64,000 bases of DNA from Octopus vulgaris (taxonomy: Eukaryota): positions 101,928,001 to 101,992,000 of the forward strand of contig OX597823.1 of the NCBI GenBank assembly GCA_951406725.2, written 5' to 3'. Numbering within the stretch: position 1 is the stretch's first letter; every line of letters starts with the position of its first letter. The position numbers and the translations under genes were made by a program. Under the pieces are notes generated by a model that was not told the DNA's origin, ran no database searches, and was given only the letters and a program-made list of their open reading frames with translations. Below are positions 25,831 to 39,925 of this stretch, piece by piece.

Positions 25831-26460
25831 AAAATGTAATTAAGGGTGAATCAACAAGTTGCTTCACCACATACCGAAAAATTACAATAGCAGCCAAAAG
25901 ACAGCTCATTCCTTTTTACTACAGATATGACTCCACAGATAACAATATTTGTAACTTACATAGGTAAAAAGAAGAAAATATAACGTTATTTTTTTCTTCT
26001 TGTTACCTATGTGAGTTATAAAAATATCTTTACATTCTAAGTACAAACACCGCAGAAGTCGATTTTGCATGCCAACTTTCTGAGTTCCCAAAAATGTAGC
26101 ACTAGCCAGATACTAGGTTCAATTTTCTCAGCTCTTTCCTTTTTCCCTCATTTTTATCGCGGAGAAATACATAATTCAAGGGCGAGGCATATTGATCGAA
26201 TCCACATTACTAGTACAAATACATCGACCTCCGAAGGGACAAACCAAAGCCAACCTCGTGGGATAGAACATAAAGTCAACCCCTACTAGACATGAGTATA
26301 GAGAGGCGTAAACTAAAGTGTAAAACATATAGATCGGTGCTGCATCGTTGCTGCTATTCCTCCGACGTCCTATAAAAGAATACAGACCAACTGCCTCTAC
26401 TTTGCTGCAATAACTGTTTCTATAAAAGTACACCAGTGACAATTCTTTAAATCTATTTGT

Positions 26461-26530
<70 letters not shown>

Positions 26531-26712
26531 CAGACAGACAGACAGAACGGGAGAGAAAGAGAGCATGAATATGTATGTGTGATGAGTATATATGTCATGT
26601 GTACAGTGGGTTGTGATAACGATAACCAGATGAGACAACATTCGATCACAAGACTTCCCGATCATGGTTGGCCTATGGGACAAAGCAACAATAACCAGCA
26701 CTGGCTACAACG

Positions 26713-26752
<40 letters not shown>

Positions 26753-27238
26753 CAGTAGTAGTAGTAGTAGTTGTTGTTGTAGTCTTATTGGAATCTCATC
26801 AATAAAGTTGTAGCATATTGTCTATCCATCTCTTTGTCAATCTTTCTCTTTCTCACTTTTCCCACACACGCATGCACGCACGCACACACACACACATACA
26901 TAGACACACACACAGACGCACACACACATACACACACACACGCACACGCGCATACGCATGCATATTTTTAGTATCATACGATACTGTAACAGAAATTCTT
27001 CTGATATATATATATATATATATATATAATTATTTAAGTAGACAAATGAATTATCTTATTACGGATAATTCGAAAGATAACCGATACCTGGGTAGCAAAC
27101 TCACTACAGAAAAGGCACGGTTGAAGTTACGACCATAGGGCATAAAATCCGTGCCTTAGTGCGGAAATTTGAAGTTTTATATATAAAGTATAGGAAAGAA
27201 TGGAGCTGAACGAAGATTTAACAAAATTCCCTTATTTT

Positions 27239-27324
27239 ATTTTCGACATATGTTTCGAAGTCTGCAAAGTCCCTAATTCCGAGTGAATAAGGAGTCTATT
27301 ATGCAGCTTTCTCTTCAGGAAAAT
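27239..27324 (-). ncRNA. Mirror canonical hammerhead motif on the minus strand
   Basis: Reverse complement of 27344-27429 with an intact core. Confidence 0.85.
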
Positions 27325-27343
27325 CCAGGAACTTAATTCCTGG

Positions 27344-27429
27344 ATTTTCCTGAAGAGAAAGCTGCATAATGGACTCCTTATTCACTCGGAATTAGGGACT
27401 TTGCAGACTTCGAAACATATGTCGAAAAT
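27344..27429 (+). ncRNA. Canonical type I hammerhead ribozyme motif
   Basis: attttc-CTGAAGA(27350-56)-gaaagctgca...tgcagacttc-GAAA(27412-15)-catatg-TC-gaaaat; 6-bp stem I, G-C closing stem II, palindromic stem III, GUC cleavage triplet. Confidence 0.85.
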
Positions 27430-27477
27430 AAAATAAGGAATTTTGTTAAATCTTCGTTCAGCTCCATTCTTTCCTAT

Positions 27478-27545
<68 letters not shown>

Positions 27546-27621
27546 TGTATGTATGTATCTATGTGTATGTATACACACATATACATACATATGCACATAC
27601 ATATACACATGCATACATACA

Positions 27622-27688
<67 letters not shown>

Positions 27689-27769
27689 TCACATAGAGAG
27701 ATTGATATATAATATGTATGACACACATATACACGCATATAGATAATACACAGATACGCATATACTCAC

Positions 27770-27857
<88 letters not shown>

Positions 27858-28160
27858 CGTATTTCCGAGTTCATCAATATTTATAATCATATCTATTTCC
27901 ATAAACATGTTCGCCAATCCTCCGGAGACAGCACCGTATGTTGTTTGTTTAATTTGTTTTACTTTTTAATGGATGACTAAATTGAAGATTGCAGACGACA
28001 GCCGATATAGGTCATTTCTATGGCGACTGGTGCTCATTTGCCTGCAAAGTATATACTGCCAGTTTCCATGTTGGAACAAACAGAGCGACAATCTAGCGCG
28101 TCATTGATAACTGGTGTATCCGTAAATGTCACTGTGTTTAAGTGCGGATGAGTTGGATGA

Positions 28161-28220
<60 letters not shown>

Positions 28221-28691
28221 CGTGTGCTTAGATATTTGCATTTTGGTATAGCACTGCGCTTGAACGCCTGCATGGATGTGTATACATGTACGTCTAAGTA
28301 AGCATGCGTGGACATGTTTGCGCAATGTATTTTTCAATATGCATGTCAATCTTCTCGTGACTGTTTGTATATAAACGCATTATAAGAGATGCATATGTTG
28401 TGCAAATGGTTACACAATATATCTTTGCGGAAATATGCGTGTGTAAATACGTGAATATGTTACATTTATGTGCATCTTGCATACAAATGTTTATACAAGA
28501 TGGGTGTATGTATGTGTTTTATGTGTACGTATGCGCATGTATTCGTTACATGTGTGTGAGGGAGAATATATTGGACTGCCAAGCGTATAACACGTACAAA
28601 AATGCGCTGGTTTACGTATGTATTCACGTTTCTGCAAATAGGCGTGCGCATGTGTATGCAAATGTTTATGTATAGGTCATTATGCAAATGT

Positions 28692-29005
28692 GGGAGGCGC
28701 AATGGCCCAGTGGTTAGGGCAACGGACTCGCGGTCGGAGGATTGCGGTTTCGATTCCCAGACCGGGCGGTGTGTGTGTTTATTGAGCGAAAACACCTAAA
28801 GCTCCACGAGGCTCCAGCAGTGGGTGGTGGCGACCCCTGTTGTTCTCTTTCGCCCCGACTTTCTCTCACTCTTTCTTCCTGTTTCTTGAGTAACGCTGCG
28901 ATGGACTGGCGTTCCGTCCAGCTGGGGGGAACATATACGCCATAGAAACCGGGAAACCGGGCCCATGAGTCTGGCTAGACTTGAAAAGGGCGCATAAATA
29001 AAAAA
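28692..29005 (+). mobile_element. Family-B SINE, near full length
   Basis: ggaggcgcaatggcccagtggttagggc...ggtttcgattccc (A/B boxes) ... gaaaagggcgcataaataaaaaaaa. Confidence 0.85.
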
Positions 29006-30295
29006 AATTATGCAAATGTGTATGTATAAGTATGCGTGCATTTGTATTTGTGAGTATATTTGTGTTAGCTGACATGTGTTAGCATATGTATTTTGTCAGT
29101 ATAGACGTACGTGTACACAAGTCCAGGTTCTGTATTAAGCGCATGTATGCGTGAGTATATTCTTCTTTTCGATTGTTCATAATCACCAAATGAAGAAGAA
29201 GCAACCAAGGAGCAAAGGTACCATCACAAGAATTCAGGCATCAACATCAGTGCAGGTTGTATGCTATATTTTGGAAAAATGTTACATATTTCCACTGTTC
29301 TACACATATGCTAAATGTGAAGTACACTTTTTACGACCAAAGTCACAGGAGAAAGTGCATCGGAAAAAGTGCAGCACCTTTGACATTTTCTAGAGTTTTC
29401 AAAACCTGTGGAAATGTGGAAGCCATTCTTTGATAAGAGACCTGACTAAACACTAGCAACGGCGCGGGTTCCGCTAAATGCACACAAGATCCCGGTGGTG
29501 ATATTAAATTGGACGATAAATTATGTCTACCTGCCACCGAACAACTGTGAAGCGCTCCTCCAACGAAGTTTACGGAGGGAACTAGTATATTTGTAAAGTA
29601 TTCCAATACTGTGAAGGCGCGCGGCCTAATGGCTAGAGTGTTGTGTTCGCAATTATTAGATCATGGTTTCGATTCCGGAATCGGGCAGTGCGTTGTATCC
29701 TTGTGCAAAACACGTCATTTCACGTTGCTCTGCGACCACTTCGACACCTGACGAGTGGCACACCATGCACCTGCACAGGTAATAATCGATTTGATGGCGG
29801 GAGTGAACCAATCTACTGCACAAGCGTTTGATCACTCAAAGCAAATCATTTGTGCAGGTTGCTCAGCAAGAAATTGTTGAACCCTCATCTGTCGTTTACG
29901 ACAGGAGAGTCCACAATTCCAGTATTGTTACCATTAACCTATCAGCTGAAACACGGTTTTTCCTTCTCAGATAAAGGGATGGGATATACAGACTTATCCA
30001 AACTCAAATGCTTTCCTCCTTTAAGCTGATTAATGATACGATAGGGTAGCTTACATTTTACATAGGAAAATATTTAAGCATTACCAAATCGACACTGCTG
30101 CTGCTGCTAATAATAATAATTTTGACACAAGGCTACCAATGCTCAACTGGTACTTATTTTATCGACCCCGAAAGGATGAAAGGCAAAGGGAAGCTCGGAG
30201 GAAATTGAACTCGAATGCATGTTCCTAGCACGTGTACAAGTCCTGAAATTTGAGAAGAGAGGTATTTAGTCGATTATATGTACTCCAGTACATGA

Positions 30296-30416
<121 letters not shown>

Positions 30417-30437
30417 CATTTCTCCCTCTCTCCCTCC

Positions 30438-30472
<35 letters not shown>

Positions 30473-30475
30473 CAT

Positions 30476-30514
<39 letters not shown>

Positions 30515-30879
30515 CACACATATATAAACTGTTTTCTCTCTCCTTGAAGCAAATAATGACCTTTGTTATGCTTAACTATTTCTGTGCTTGAGATTTGCAT
30601 TCTTTAAAGAAAAAATCTCACACCAAAAGTCACTTTGTCCAAATCAATAGTGTTTATTTTGTTTTGTTTTGTTTTTTGTTGGGGTTTTTGTGAGTTTTTT
30701 TCCCTGTGAAAAGATATTGAAATATCACGTTGCGACGTTTCCCTCAGCCATTCTTATGTACTTAAGGACTGAATTGTATGGTGCCTATATAATGCCTGTT
30801 TGAACGACAGCTGTTATAAGCTATGGTCACATTCAATTTCCCGTTACGAACACTATGACCTTTCGACATATAGATATAT

Positions 30880-32310
30880 ATACATGGGTGAGTCTGGTGG
30901 CATCCGCTACCAAAAAGGCATCATTCAGATTGATACCCTGTCAGTGTTGATCTTTGTTCTCTCATTAAACCAACTATCATACCTGCTCACAAGACATAGT
31001 GACTATAGAAATGGACCCAGAAGAATCTCCCATCTTTTCTTTATCAACGACCTGAAACTGTATGGACCAAACATCAAGCGCATAAAAAACAATAAGATCA
31101 TTACCCAATTTTATACAGACATTGGAATGAAATTTGGTAAGTTTAAATATGCATTTTTTAACAATAAAACGTGGACAAGTTGTGCCCTTCCCTGAAAACC
31201 TAAAACAAACGGTTTGATGATACAACTGTTATAGTTAGGTGACAATTATAAGTATTTTGGACAGGATGAGAATGTCAGATATGATGGAGCAATAAAGAAA
31301 TGACCAGGAATGAATATCTCAGGAGAGTAAAGAGAATATAGCTATCAGAATTCTCAGCTTACAACTAGTATATTTTCCACAACACTTTTGCAGTGCCTGC
31401 CCTCACGGCTACGTTTGGCCTTCTGAATTGGTCATTACAAGAACTCAGTGAGACAGATGTTCGAACTCACAAGCCGTTCAGTGTTACAGGAAACGTCAGC
31501 ATCAGTTGAGATGTAGACAGGCTATACTTCCCACGCAAAGATGGTGGCCATGGTCTCAAATCTGTATAGATGTCATATGAAACACATATTGTGACACTGA
31601 AACAACATCTGCAGCAGAGGAAAAATACCAGTAACTATCTTGCCCAAGTTTGTGACCATGAAATCAACAACATAATTAGGATAGCGAATGAACTTGATAA
31701 AAAGCATGAAATAAGAGCTGATAGAGATCTCTCTCCAAGGAGCATTCGTGAAATCTATTTATCAGAACAAAAATTGGACCAGTGCACCGAGAAGATAGTA
31801 CATATGTACTTGGCACGAAAAACACAAACCATGTAAGGAATTGATGATGTCAAGAACTTGGCATGGAATACCGAAAAGTCTATGATATCCTACTTCGAAG
31901 GTTACATCAATGCAATTCATGAACAAGCATAAAAGGCAGAAAATTTTAACAGATAACAAATGTAGTCAGTACAAGACCAAAACTGAAGACATCAACCGTA
32001 TTATTCTCTGAGAGAATGTCTTCCAGATATTATCTTCCCATGAGGGGAGATAATTCTTGGGGGTCAGCATAGTCTGGAACAGGATAACAAGAAAAAAACA
32101 CCTAGAGAAGTTGTTTAGATCAATGAGTCAAAAGAATAATAGTGAAACTTAAAAATTAAAACAGCCATCAAGACAACCGGCTAGATATTGTTTGGGATGA
32201 CAAGAAAAAAGATGTCCTGTTCTGGAAATCACCTGCTCCCTAGACACAAAAGTGATTACAAAGAACATCTATGGAGATTTGCAAATTCAGTACCCAACGT
32301 CATACATTAC
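30880..32310 (+). pseudogene. Decayed restriction-like-endonuclease LINE (R4/Dong-like) RT and C-terminal region
   Basis: KGIIQIDTLSVLIFVLSLNQLSYLL, ISHLFFINDLKLY, DIGMKFGKFK, VDRLYFPRKDGGHGL, RLDIV.WD..K....LEITC; many stops and frameshifts. Confidence 0.75.
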
Positions 32311-32529
32311 AAATCTTCCCCGCGCTACTAATAGATTGGATTTGTAAAATCCACGTCCGTTTCCTTTCCTCTTTCGTCATGAAACCGAATATTTCTAGAT
32401 TTTTGCGCAAAATAGTTGGTACATAATTTAATGCACCTATAATAAGTACAAATGAGAGTTTTATGTATTTATGTATGTACGTATATATGTATGTATCTAT
32501 GTATGTGTGTGTGTGGCGGGGGTGTATGC

Positions 32530-32611
<82 letters not shown>

Positions 32612-34240
32612 AAATAATGAAAAGAAAGTTCTTGGTAGAGTATTATATAGATTTGAAAAAATGAGTAGAGATGACTTTTTTTCGGGGGATAATTTTTATT
32701 TTGATCTTGATAATAAGTTACTCTGATATGAATTTCGAGCTTCAAGTAGCCGTTTTCAAACAGAAAAATGTATGTTTTACTGGTTGCTTAAATAGCAAAA
32801 GATTTTTTCTTACAAGTATACAATATATTTAGACCGACTTTGCCTGTCACCCTTTCGAGGTTGATAAGATAAGTATCAATTCAGCAGTGGGGTCGATGTA
32901 ATCGACAAGCCCCTTCCTACAAAATGTTAGACCTTGTGCTTACAGTAGAAAGGACATTTAATGAAGGGAGTATTAAAAATCTAGTTAAAGAGGTGACAGA
33001 GTTAACTAATTAATAACTAATATTAATTGCTGAGTTATGTTGTCTTTTGCTCACCACATAAGTTTTACTTATTACATAGTTATTTTTCACTAATTACGTT
33101 AATCAGGCCATTCCCTGACAAGGAACTTATAATGAGCCAATGAAGGTCCGTCTATGTAGTCGATCTACATGTTAGAATTAGTAGCCAAATGTCCTCGCAA
33201 ATCAAACCCTACCGTCTTAAATGAATGTTCATTGATCATTATATTGCTAAGAATACAAAAAATAAAATGTCGTGGTTGGAACGCCTTTGGTAATTGGTCT
33301 CATTTATAAGGGCTAATCTTGAGCCAAATAACGATAACATCAACACTGTTACTGTAATAACGAATCTACGAACCAAAGATGAGGTCTCTACACGGCCAGT
33401 CGACGAGCTTTGAAAACAGAAGCCAAATCTTCCATGATTCATGCCCTGCAGCCTTTAAAATGAAACAAAAAAAGAAAAGAAGTTATGTTGGATGATGTAG
33501 TCCCGCGTTCCCAGTACGCGAGGATAAGACAGAATGGTTTTATCCTTATCTAGCAGCGATGCTTTTAGCCGTGTTTCACCTTGATCGGGGCTGACCTGGA
33601 GCTTAACGACAACAGCGTCAGCGGTGTCCTAGCAGCAGTAGCAACATGAAGCAGTCTTATTCTCAATCAAAAGAAGCCACTACCAACAGATACGGGGACA
33701 CGTCAACAGTTACATCAACAATGCATTTGAGAAAGGCATCAAGGCCACACAATCCTGATCCACCTACTTTATAATTCAGTGACCTTGTACTTATACAGGA
33801 AATCAATATGTTTTAAAGATAACGAACATTGTGTTGTTGCTACACAAGTTTCTAATGGAATTCTCTCTTATAGTCGTCTCCATAACCAATCGATTATGAA
33901 TTCAACTCGAAAACACCGCTATAACTTCCAACCTTTTGGCTTTTTTTATATTTTCTTCCCTCAGTCTCTTCTTTCTATCTTTCTTCTTTGCATCAATCTC
34001 TTTTCCTCGCTTTCCTTCTTCATTTGCTTTTTCTGACTGTTCTCCTGTAACCTAATTCCCAAACATCCATATTATTTCTAGTCATAATTTTTTTTTCACG
34101 TTATCTTGTTGCTAATTCCGATGCTCCCTCCCTCCCTTCATCTTTTCTCTCTATATCTCTTTCACTCTCTCTCCCTCTGTATGTATGTATATATATATGT
34201 GTGTGTGTGTGTATGTATGTATGTATACATGTATGTATGT

Positions 34241-35281
34241 ACAACAGAAGTAAATAGACACCCCATAAAACATCGTTTTATTTCTAGTCTAACTTGTAAA
34301 GGTTTATATTTTTCTTTAATTGATATTTTTATGTTTCAAGTTCTATATGTGACTGTTTAATCCTGCCATGTACAAAAGAAGCCTTGGAACTGTCTGAATT
34401 TCAAAGAAGCCGTTTAGTGGGTCATTCTGAAGGGTTAGGGTTAGGGTTAGCCGTTTTGTGGGTCATTCTGAAGGTGGACATAGCATAAAATCTCAGAAAA
34501 CCTTGGGATCCCGCTTTCTACTGTTAATAGAGTGATTGTGACATTTACCAGAGAGGGGAAGGAGTTCATATCACCTCGCTCAGATCAACTAGGGTCCTCT
34601 GACTGGACCCTTTTTTTTTTTGCTAAGAGAAGTGTAGAGGATAATCCTTATTGCAAAGCCTCTGACATACCAAAACATGTCGATGTGAAAAGATCGCAGC
34701 CAACAATGAAACACGGCAGTTATTCTGTGATGGTCTGGGGAGCAATTTCGAGCAATGGTTGATCAGAGCAGAGGGAGAGTGAGAGAAACATAAACTCAAA
34801 TAAATATGTATCCATATTGCAGAAAGGACTTCTTCCAATTGTCTCCAGTGGTGAAATGATTAAAGAAGACTCTTTACTTATGGAAGATGGAGCTCCTTGT
34901 CACATAGCTAAAATGACCCAAGATTTGTTAGATGAGAATGGCATTAAAAATTTTCCATGGTCAAACCAGTCACCAGATATGAACCCTATTGAACACCCCT
35001 GGAACATAATGGATAGGACACTTCATATAAAGAACATGTATGCATCTTCAATACCAAATCTTTTGAGATTACTGTATGAAACTTGACAAGAAATTCCGCA
35101 AGAGAATATTCGTCATCTGATCAGTAACATGCCAAACAGAGTCCTTGCAATGAAAAATGCAAAGGGCTTGTCTACTAAATATTAAATACTCACATTATAA
35201 TAATTAATAATTTGAATGTATAAATTTTGATTTAAATAAATTTTAATGATTAAAAGGGTGTGTGTTCACTTCTGTCATGTC
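34241..35281 (+). mobile_element. Tc1-like transposon, internally deleted (second copy 41222-42261)
   Basis: KHGSYSVMVWGAISSNG, EDGAPCH, WSNQSPDMNPIEHPW; imperfect TIRs acagaagtaaatagacaccc / gggtgtgtgttcacttctgt. Confidence 0.85.
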
Positions 35282-35284
35282 TAT

Positions 35285-35366
<82 letters not shown>

Positions 35367-36142
35367 GTATATGCTTACGGATATATACGGAGTCGCATAT
35401 ACGGATGTGCATGCTTGTAATTCGTAGGCTCGTAGGCATATACGTACATGTATAATCAAGTTACCAAATGGTGTTGGGTTGATCTTTCTCACCACACTAG
35501 GACGGTTCTTTAATACGAAACCTTTGGATAATATGAATTGTATGCGATGAGATTAAATGTATAATATTGTATAATTATCCTTCTGAATATACGTAAGTGG
35601 ATGTGTATGTGTGTGTTGTCCAGTGTGAGTGCGGTTGATAAAACTCATTTTCTTTGAGTAAATTGGCATTTCATGTACGGGAAAAATTAGTTACTCACAC
35701 ACACACACAAAAAAGATACGTGCATCTGTTTTATCAACACCAAGTCGTATTGTGTGAGTCATATGTCCCGTTAACTTTTGACTACAAATCGGTCAAATAA
35801 CTGGAAAATTAAAAAGAATATCTAATATAAAATATGATTACTTAGTGAGTGCTAATGAAGAAATGACAAAGAAAAATAAAAGATAAATGGCTGATAGCTG
35901 GTAAAGAATGGTAAAGTAGAAGTAAACGAGAGGTTTAGATGAAAAAAAATGATAAACACAGAAGATTAGAGCAGAAAAAAGGCGAGTTGATGGAAGCATG
36001 GCGTGAAAGGGATATCTGTGCACATACAAGGATGAAAATAATGAGAAAAATTAGGCTGAACTTGTGACGGTTATCATCTGACAAGATGAGGCGATCATCT
36101 TGTATGTATGTATGTATGTAAGTATATATATATGTATGTATG

Positions 36143-36176
<34 letters not shown>

Positions 36177-36379
36177 TGTATGTATGTATGTATGTATGTA
36201 TGTATGTACGTATGTATGTATGTACGTACGTACAAATGTATGTATAGTAGTTGGTTTCAATCGTTAGACGATTACGGTTTAGGCTCCTTTCAATCAAATG
36301 AATTCTCCCTCCCCCTCAAGTAGCTGAGTATCCCATAGACAAGTACTCTTTCAATGTAATTCCCCGGTATAATCAACGT

Positions 36380-36755
36380 GACACGCAGTGACATATTGTC
36401 ACAATCGTGGCATTCCGTCGGTTACGACGACGAGGGTCCCATTTGATCCGATCAACGGAACAACCTGCTCGTGAAATTAACGTGCAAGTGGCTGAGCACT
36501 CCACAGACATTTGTACCCTTAATGTAGTTCTCAGGGAGATTCAGCATGATACAGAGTGTGGCCCTTTGAAATGCAGGTACAGCAGAAACAGGAAGAAAGA
36601 GTAAAAGTTGTGGTGAAAGAGTACAGCAGGCTTCGCCACCACCCCCTGCCGGAGCCTTGTGGAGCTATAGGTGCTCAATAAATACTCTGGGAATTGAAAC
36701 CGGGATACTACGACCGCGAGTCCGCTACCTTAACCACTGGGCCATTGCACCTCTA
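36380..36755 (-). mobile_element. Family-B SINE variant (second copy 43352-43727)
   Basis: Reverse complement of gaggtgcaatggcccagtggttaaggtagcggactcgcgg... Confidence 0.7.
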
Positions 36756-37299
36756 CACATTGTCACAATGCCTGTTTCTTTTAAGTTAGAAATAGAATCC
36801 ACCTGATTTATATAGTTTTATTCTGCCCAATTTCACTCCCAACTTTCTGGTCGATGCAAGATTATATAAAAAAAAGCTATCTGGGCGAGATACAAACATA
36901 CCACCACCATCATCACCACACACACACTCAATTTTTAAGCAATCATTAACAAACCTCAATATATACTATTTGCGAAAGATTTAAAACAAAAACCAGTGGG
37001 GTTCTGATGTGGTACTCTGGGCATCAAAAATTCTGTAGACCAGTAAAAGACCTATGAGAAAGATATAACTAGCGACGTTATTCTTCACAAGTTGCGACAT
37101 ACATACATGCGTGGATGTGTGGTAAGAAGCTTGCTTCCCAAACACATGGCTCCGAGTTCAGTTTCACTGTGTGACACCTTGGGCAAGTATTTTCTACTAT
37201 AGCCTCCTGCCGACCAAAGCTTTGTGAGTGGATATCTCATTTTAACAGATATATTTAGCAAAATTACATCAAAATATTTTAAAATATCAAACAGTAAAT

Positions 37300-37795
37300 T
37301 TATTCAATAACATCGCCATTGGTTTCAACCACGGCCTCCAGCGACTTCGGAATCTCCTGCAACTCTTATGAACGGTCTCCTTGTTTAAGTTGGTCAATGC
37401 TGCCATAATCCTTGCCTTCATTTCTTTGGTGTTACAAGGAATTTTGTTGGTCTCTCGCTCAACTGCGCCCCATACATAATAATCAAAGGGGTTGCAGTCT
37501 GGGTAGTTAGGTGGCCAGATGTTAGGGGTGATATAGTCTCAGAAATTGTGCGACAACCATGACTGGGTTCTTCTGCTTGTGTGACATGGTGGAGAGTGCT
37601 GTTGCCAGACATAGGGTCCTCCAGCAGCCACCCTCCTGACCCAAGGCAGCACTCCCTCCTCAAGGCACTTGATGTAAGCCTCTGTGTTGAGTCTGAGACC
37701 GTGTGAGAAGGTGAATGGAGGCCTAACTTGCCATCACCCATCACTAGTGATCACTCCAAACACCATGATGTTGACTGGATGTTTGATTTCTATCA
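37300..37795 (-). pseudogene. maT/DD37D-like Tc1-mariner transposase C-terminal fragment (second copy 44272-44768)
   Basis: Minus frame YVWQQHSPPCHTSRRTQSWL...IWPPNYPDCNPFDYYVWGAVERETNK. Confidence 0.75.
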
Positions 37796-38027
37796 CTTTT
37801 TCAAAACCAGAAAGGAGAAAGCTAATTCGAAGACTACAGATCCAATCCATCACTGGAACTGTAAAAGTCTGTAAAACTTTCCAGAAGTTTATCATTTAAA
37901 TATATATGAGCATGTCTAGATATGCAACTTTATGCATGAGAATACATACATAAAACATACAAATCTGCACATACATGCATACATGCATACATGCATACAC
38001 ACATACATACATACATACATACATACA

Positions 38028-38061
<34 letters not shown>

Positions 38062-38474
38062 CCTATACACAGATGCTAGCAGACATACGCATGCGAGTGC
38101 TCGTGCGATTTGGGATATAGTTTCCACATTCAGAATTAACGAGGTTCATTTTAAAACATTGAGCAAATAATGACCGTTGACTAGGCGGACATTTAATTAG
38201 AATTTGTGACATTGACCAGAATATAAGTTGATCAATAGATTTCTAATTGAATTGATGGGTTTCGATGTCGATGCTACTGCAACAACAGCTGGTGTCTATC
38301 CGGCAAAAATACCTTAGGTCACAGATCTTTAAGAGTCCCTAAGCCAGGGTTCTGTCCAGTCTTAGAACGATTATCCCAACATCTCTTACATAAACCATGT
38401 ATTATACTAAGCAATTCATTGATGACTTCCTTCGTAATTCGTTCAAGGCATATCGACGTTTGAGTGAGGTGTGT

Positions 38475-38556
<82 letters not shown>

Positions 38557-38713
38557 TGTGTGTATTTTTCCAATTTTTCATGAATCAGAAAAAATCAGGC
38601 ACGTATATATTAGGAAATAGTGTGGATATGCTATTATTATTAGTAGTAGTATTGCCTTCATCCTTCGCCCTTGTGGCAAATAAATGAAATCACCATCATC
38701 ATCATCATCATCA

Positions 38714-38789
<76 letters not shown>

Positions 38790-38792
<3 letters not shown>

Positions 38793-38955
38793 GGTGGTGA
38801 GTTGGCAGAATCGTTAGCATGCTGGATGAAATGTTTAACGGTATTTCGCCCGTCGCTACGTTCTGAGTTCAAATTCCGCAGAGATTGACTTTACCCCTCA
38901 TCCTTTCGGGGTCGATAAATTAAGTACCAGTGAAATACTGGGGTCGATGTAATAG
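38790..38955 (+). mobile_element. Family-A SINE after an (ATT)n tract (second copy 45741-45905)
   Basis: taaggtggtgagttggcagaatcgttagc...cctttcggggtcgataaattaagtaccagt. Confidence 0.8.
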
Positions 38956-39029
38956 ACAAGTATTCATGTATAAACATATATATATATACACACAGACATA
39001 TGCTTATACATACATACATACGTACGTAC

Positions 39030-39065
<36 letters not shown>

Positions 39066-39723
39066 GTGTGTTAGAAACGATTATTAATTTAGGAAACTAA
39101 ACCTTTGAACGTCCATCAAACTCTTCTATAAAGTGGTTACAAAACGCGCGTGTATAGACGTGCAGACGCGCGCAGCTTGCAGGAAACACTGACGCCAATT
39201 TTCAATTGAACTTAAGAGAAAGTTTCTCTATGGTCACTCATTCTTTTACAAATAACAATCATATCCCCATGAATCGCATCTCAAAATATATAAGGTTGCA
39301 TTAGCTATTGTAGACTACTCAGAAAAAGGACAAGGCGGGGGATGCAGTCTATATGTTCAGGGCAGAAAAGAACTGAAGTTCATGACTTGAACCCCTCTAC
39401 GATACCTATGTTCTAATCAGCCCGTTGATATAGCCTCGTTAATTTTTGTATTCTAATATCTAACTGACTGGACAAGTTGTCTTTTCCTTTCTCTCCAGCT
39501 GTTCCTCATAAATCCATTTTAGCTTATAAAATATCAGCGAAGTTCGAAACTCATTTAATCTTGGAGCAGTGACTAATATTTCAAAGATTAACGAGATCAA
39601 TGAATGGATATTGAAGGAATTTCAGTTATGAGGTGAGGAATGAAGAATGAAGAATGAAGAATTTCTCGGTCAAAATTCTTCAGTTTTGAGGTGGTTATTA
39701 GTGATACATATGTTGTACTTTAC

Positions 39724-39754
<31 letters not shown>

Positions 39755-39822
39755 TGTATGTATGTATGTATGTATGTATGTATGTATGTATGTATGTATG
39801 TATGTATGCATATATATGTATG

Positions 39823-39861
<39 letters not shown>

Positions 39862-39925
39862 GCATCCTTTTTGTCTCGGGAGACAATGGAGTTGCGCAAA
39901 AATAGTCTAGTCCGGCTTTTACATT

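Larger units (their letters stand above)
27179..27488. repeat. Near-perfect palindrome (~153-bp arms, 5-nt loop at 27332-27336)
   Basis: Arms are reverse complements with about 1 mismatch and 1 indel; both ends run into TA repeats. Confidence 0.95.

Noticed and set aside
27105-27170. Hairpin aaggcacgg...ccgtgcctt as another ribozyme
   Set aside because: No hammerhead, twister or HDV core could be matched by eye.
28692-28765. tRNA-like A/B boxes in SINE heads
   Set aside because: No complete cloverleaf or terminator; continuous with SINE bodies, so not tRNA genes.
29343-29606. 87-aa minus ORF, or short plus-strand exon FSKPVEMWKPFFDKRPD*
   Set aside because: No recognisable family and no partner exons.
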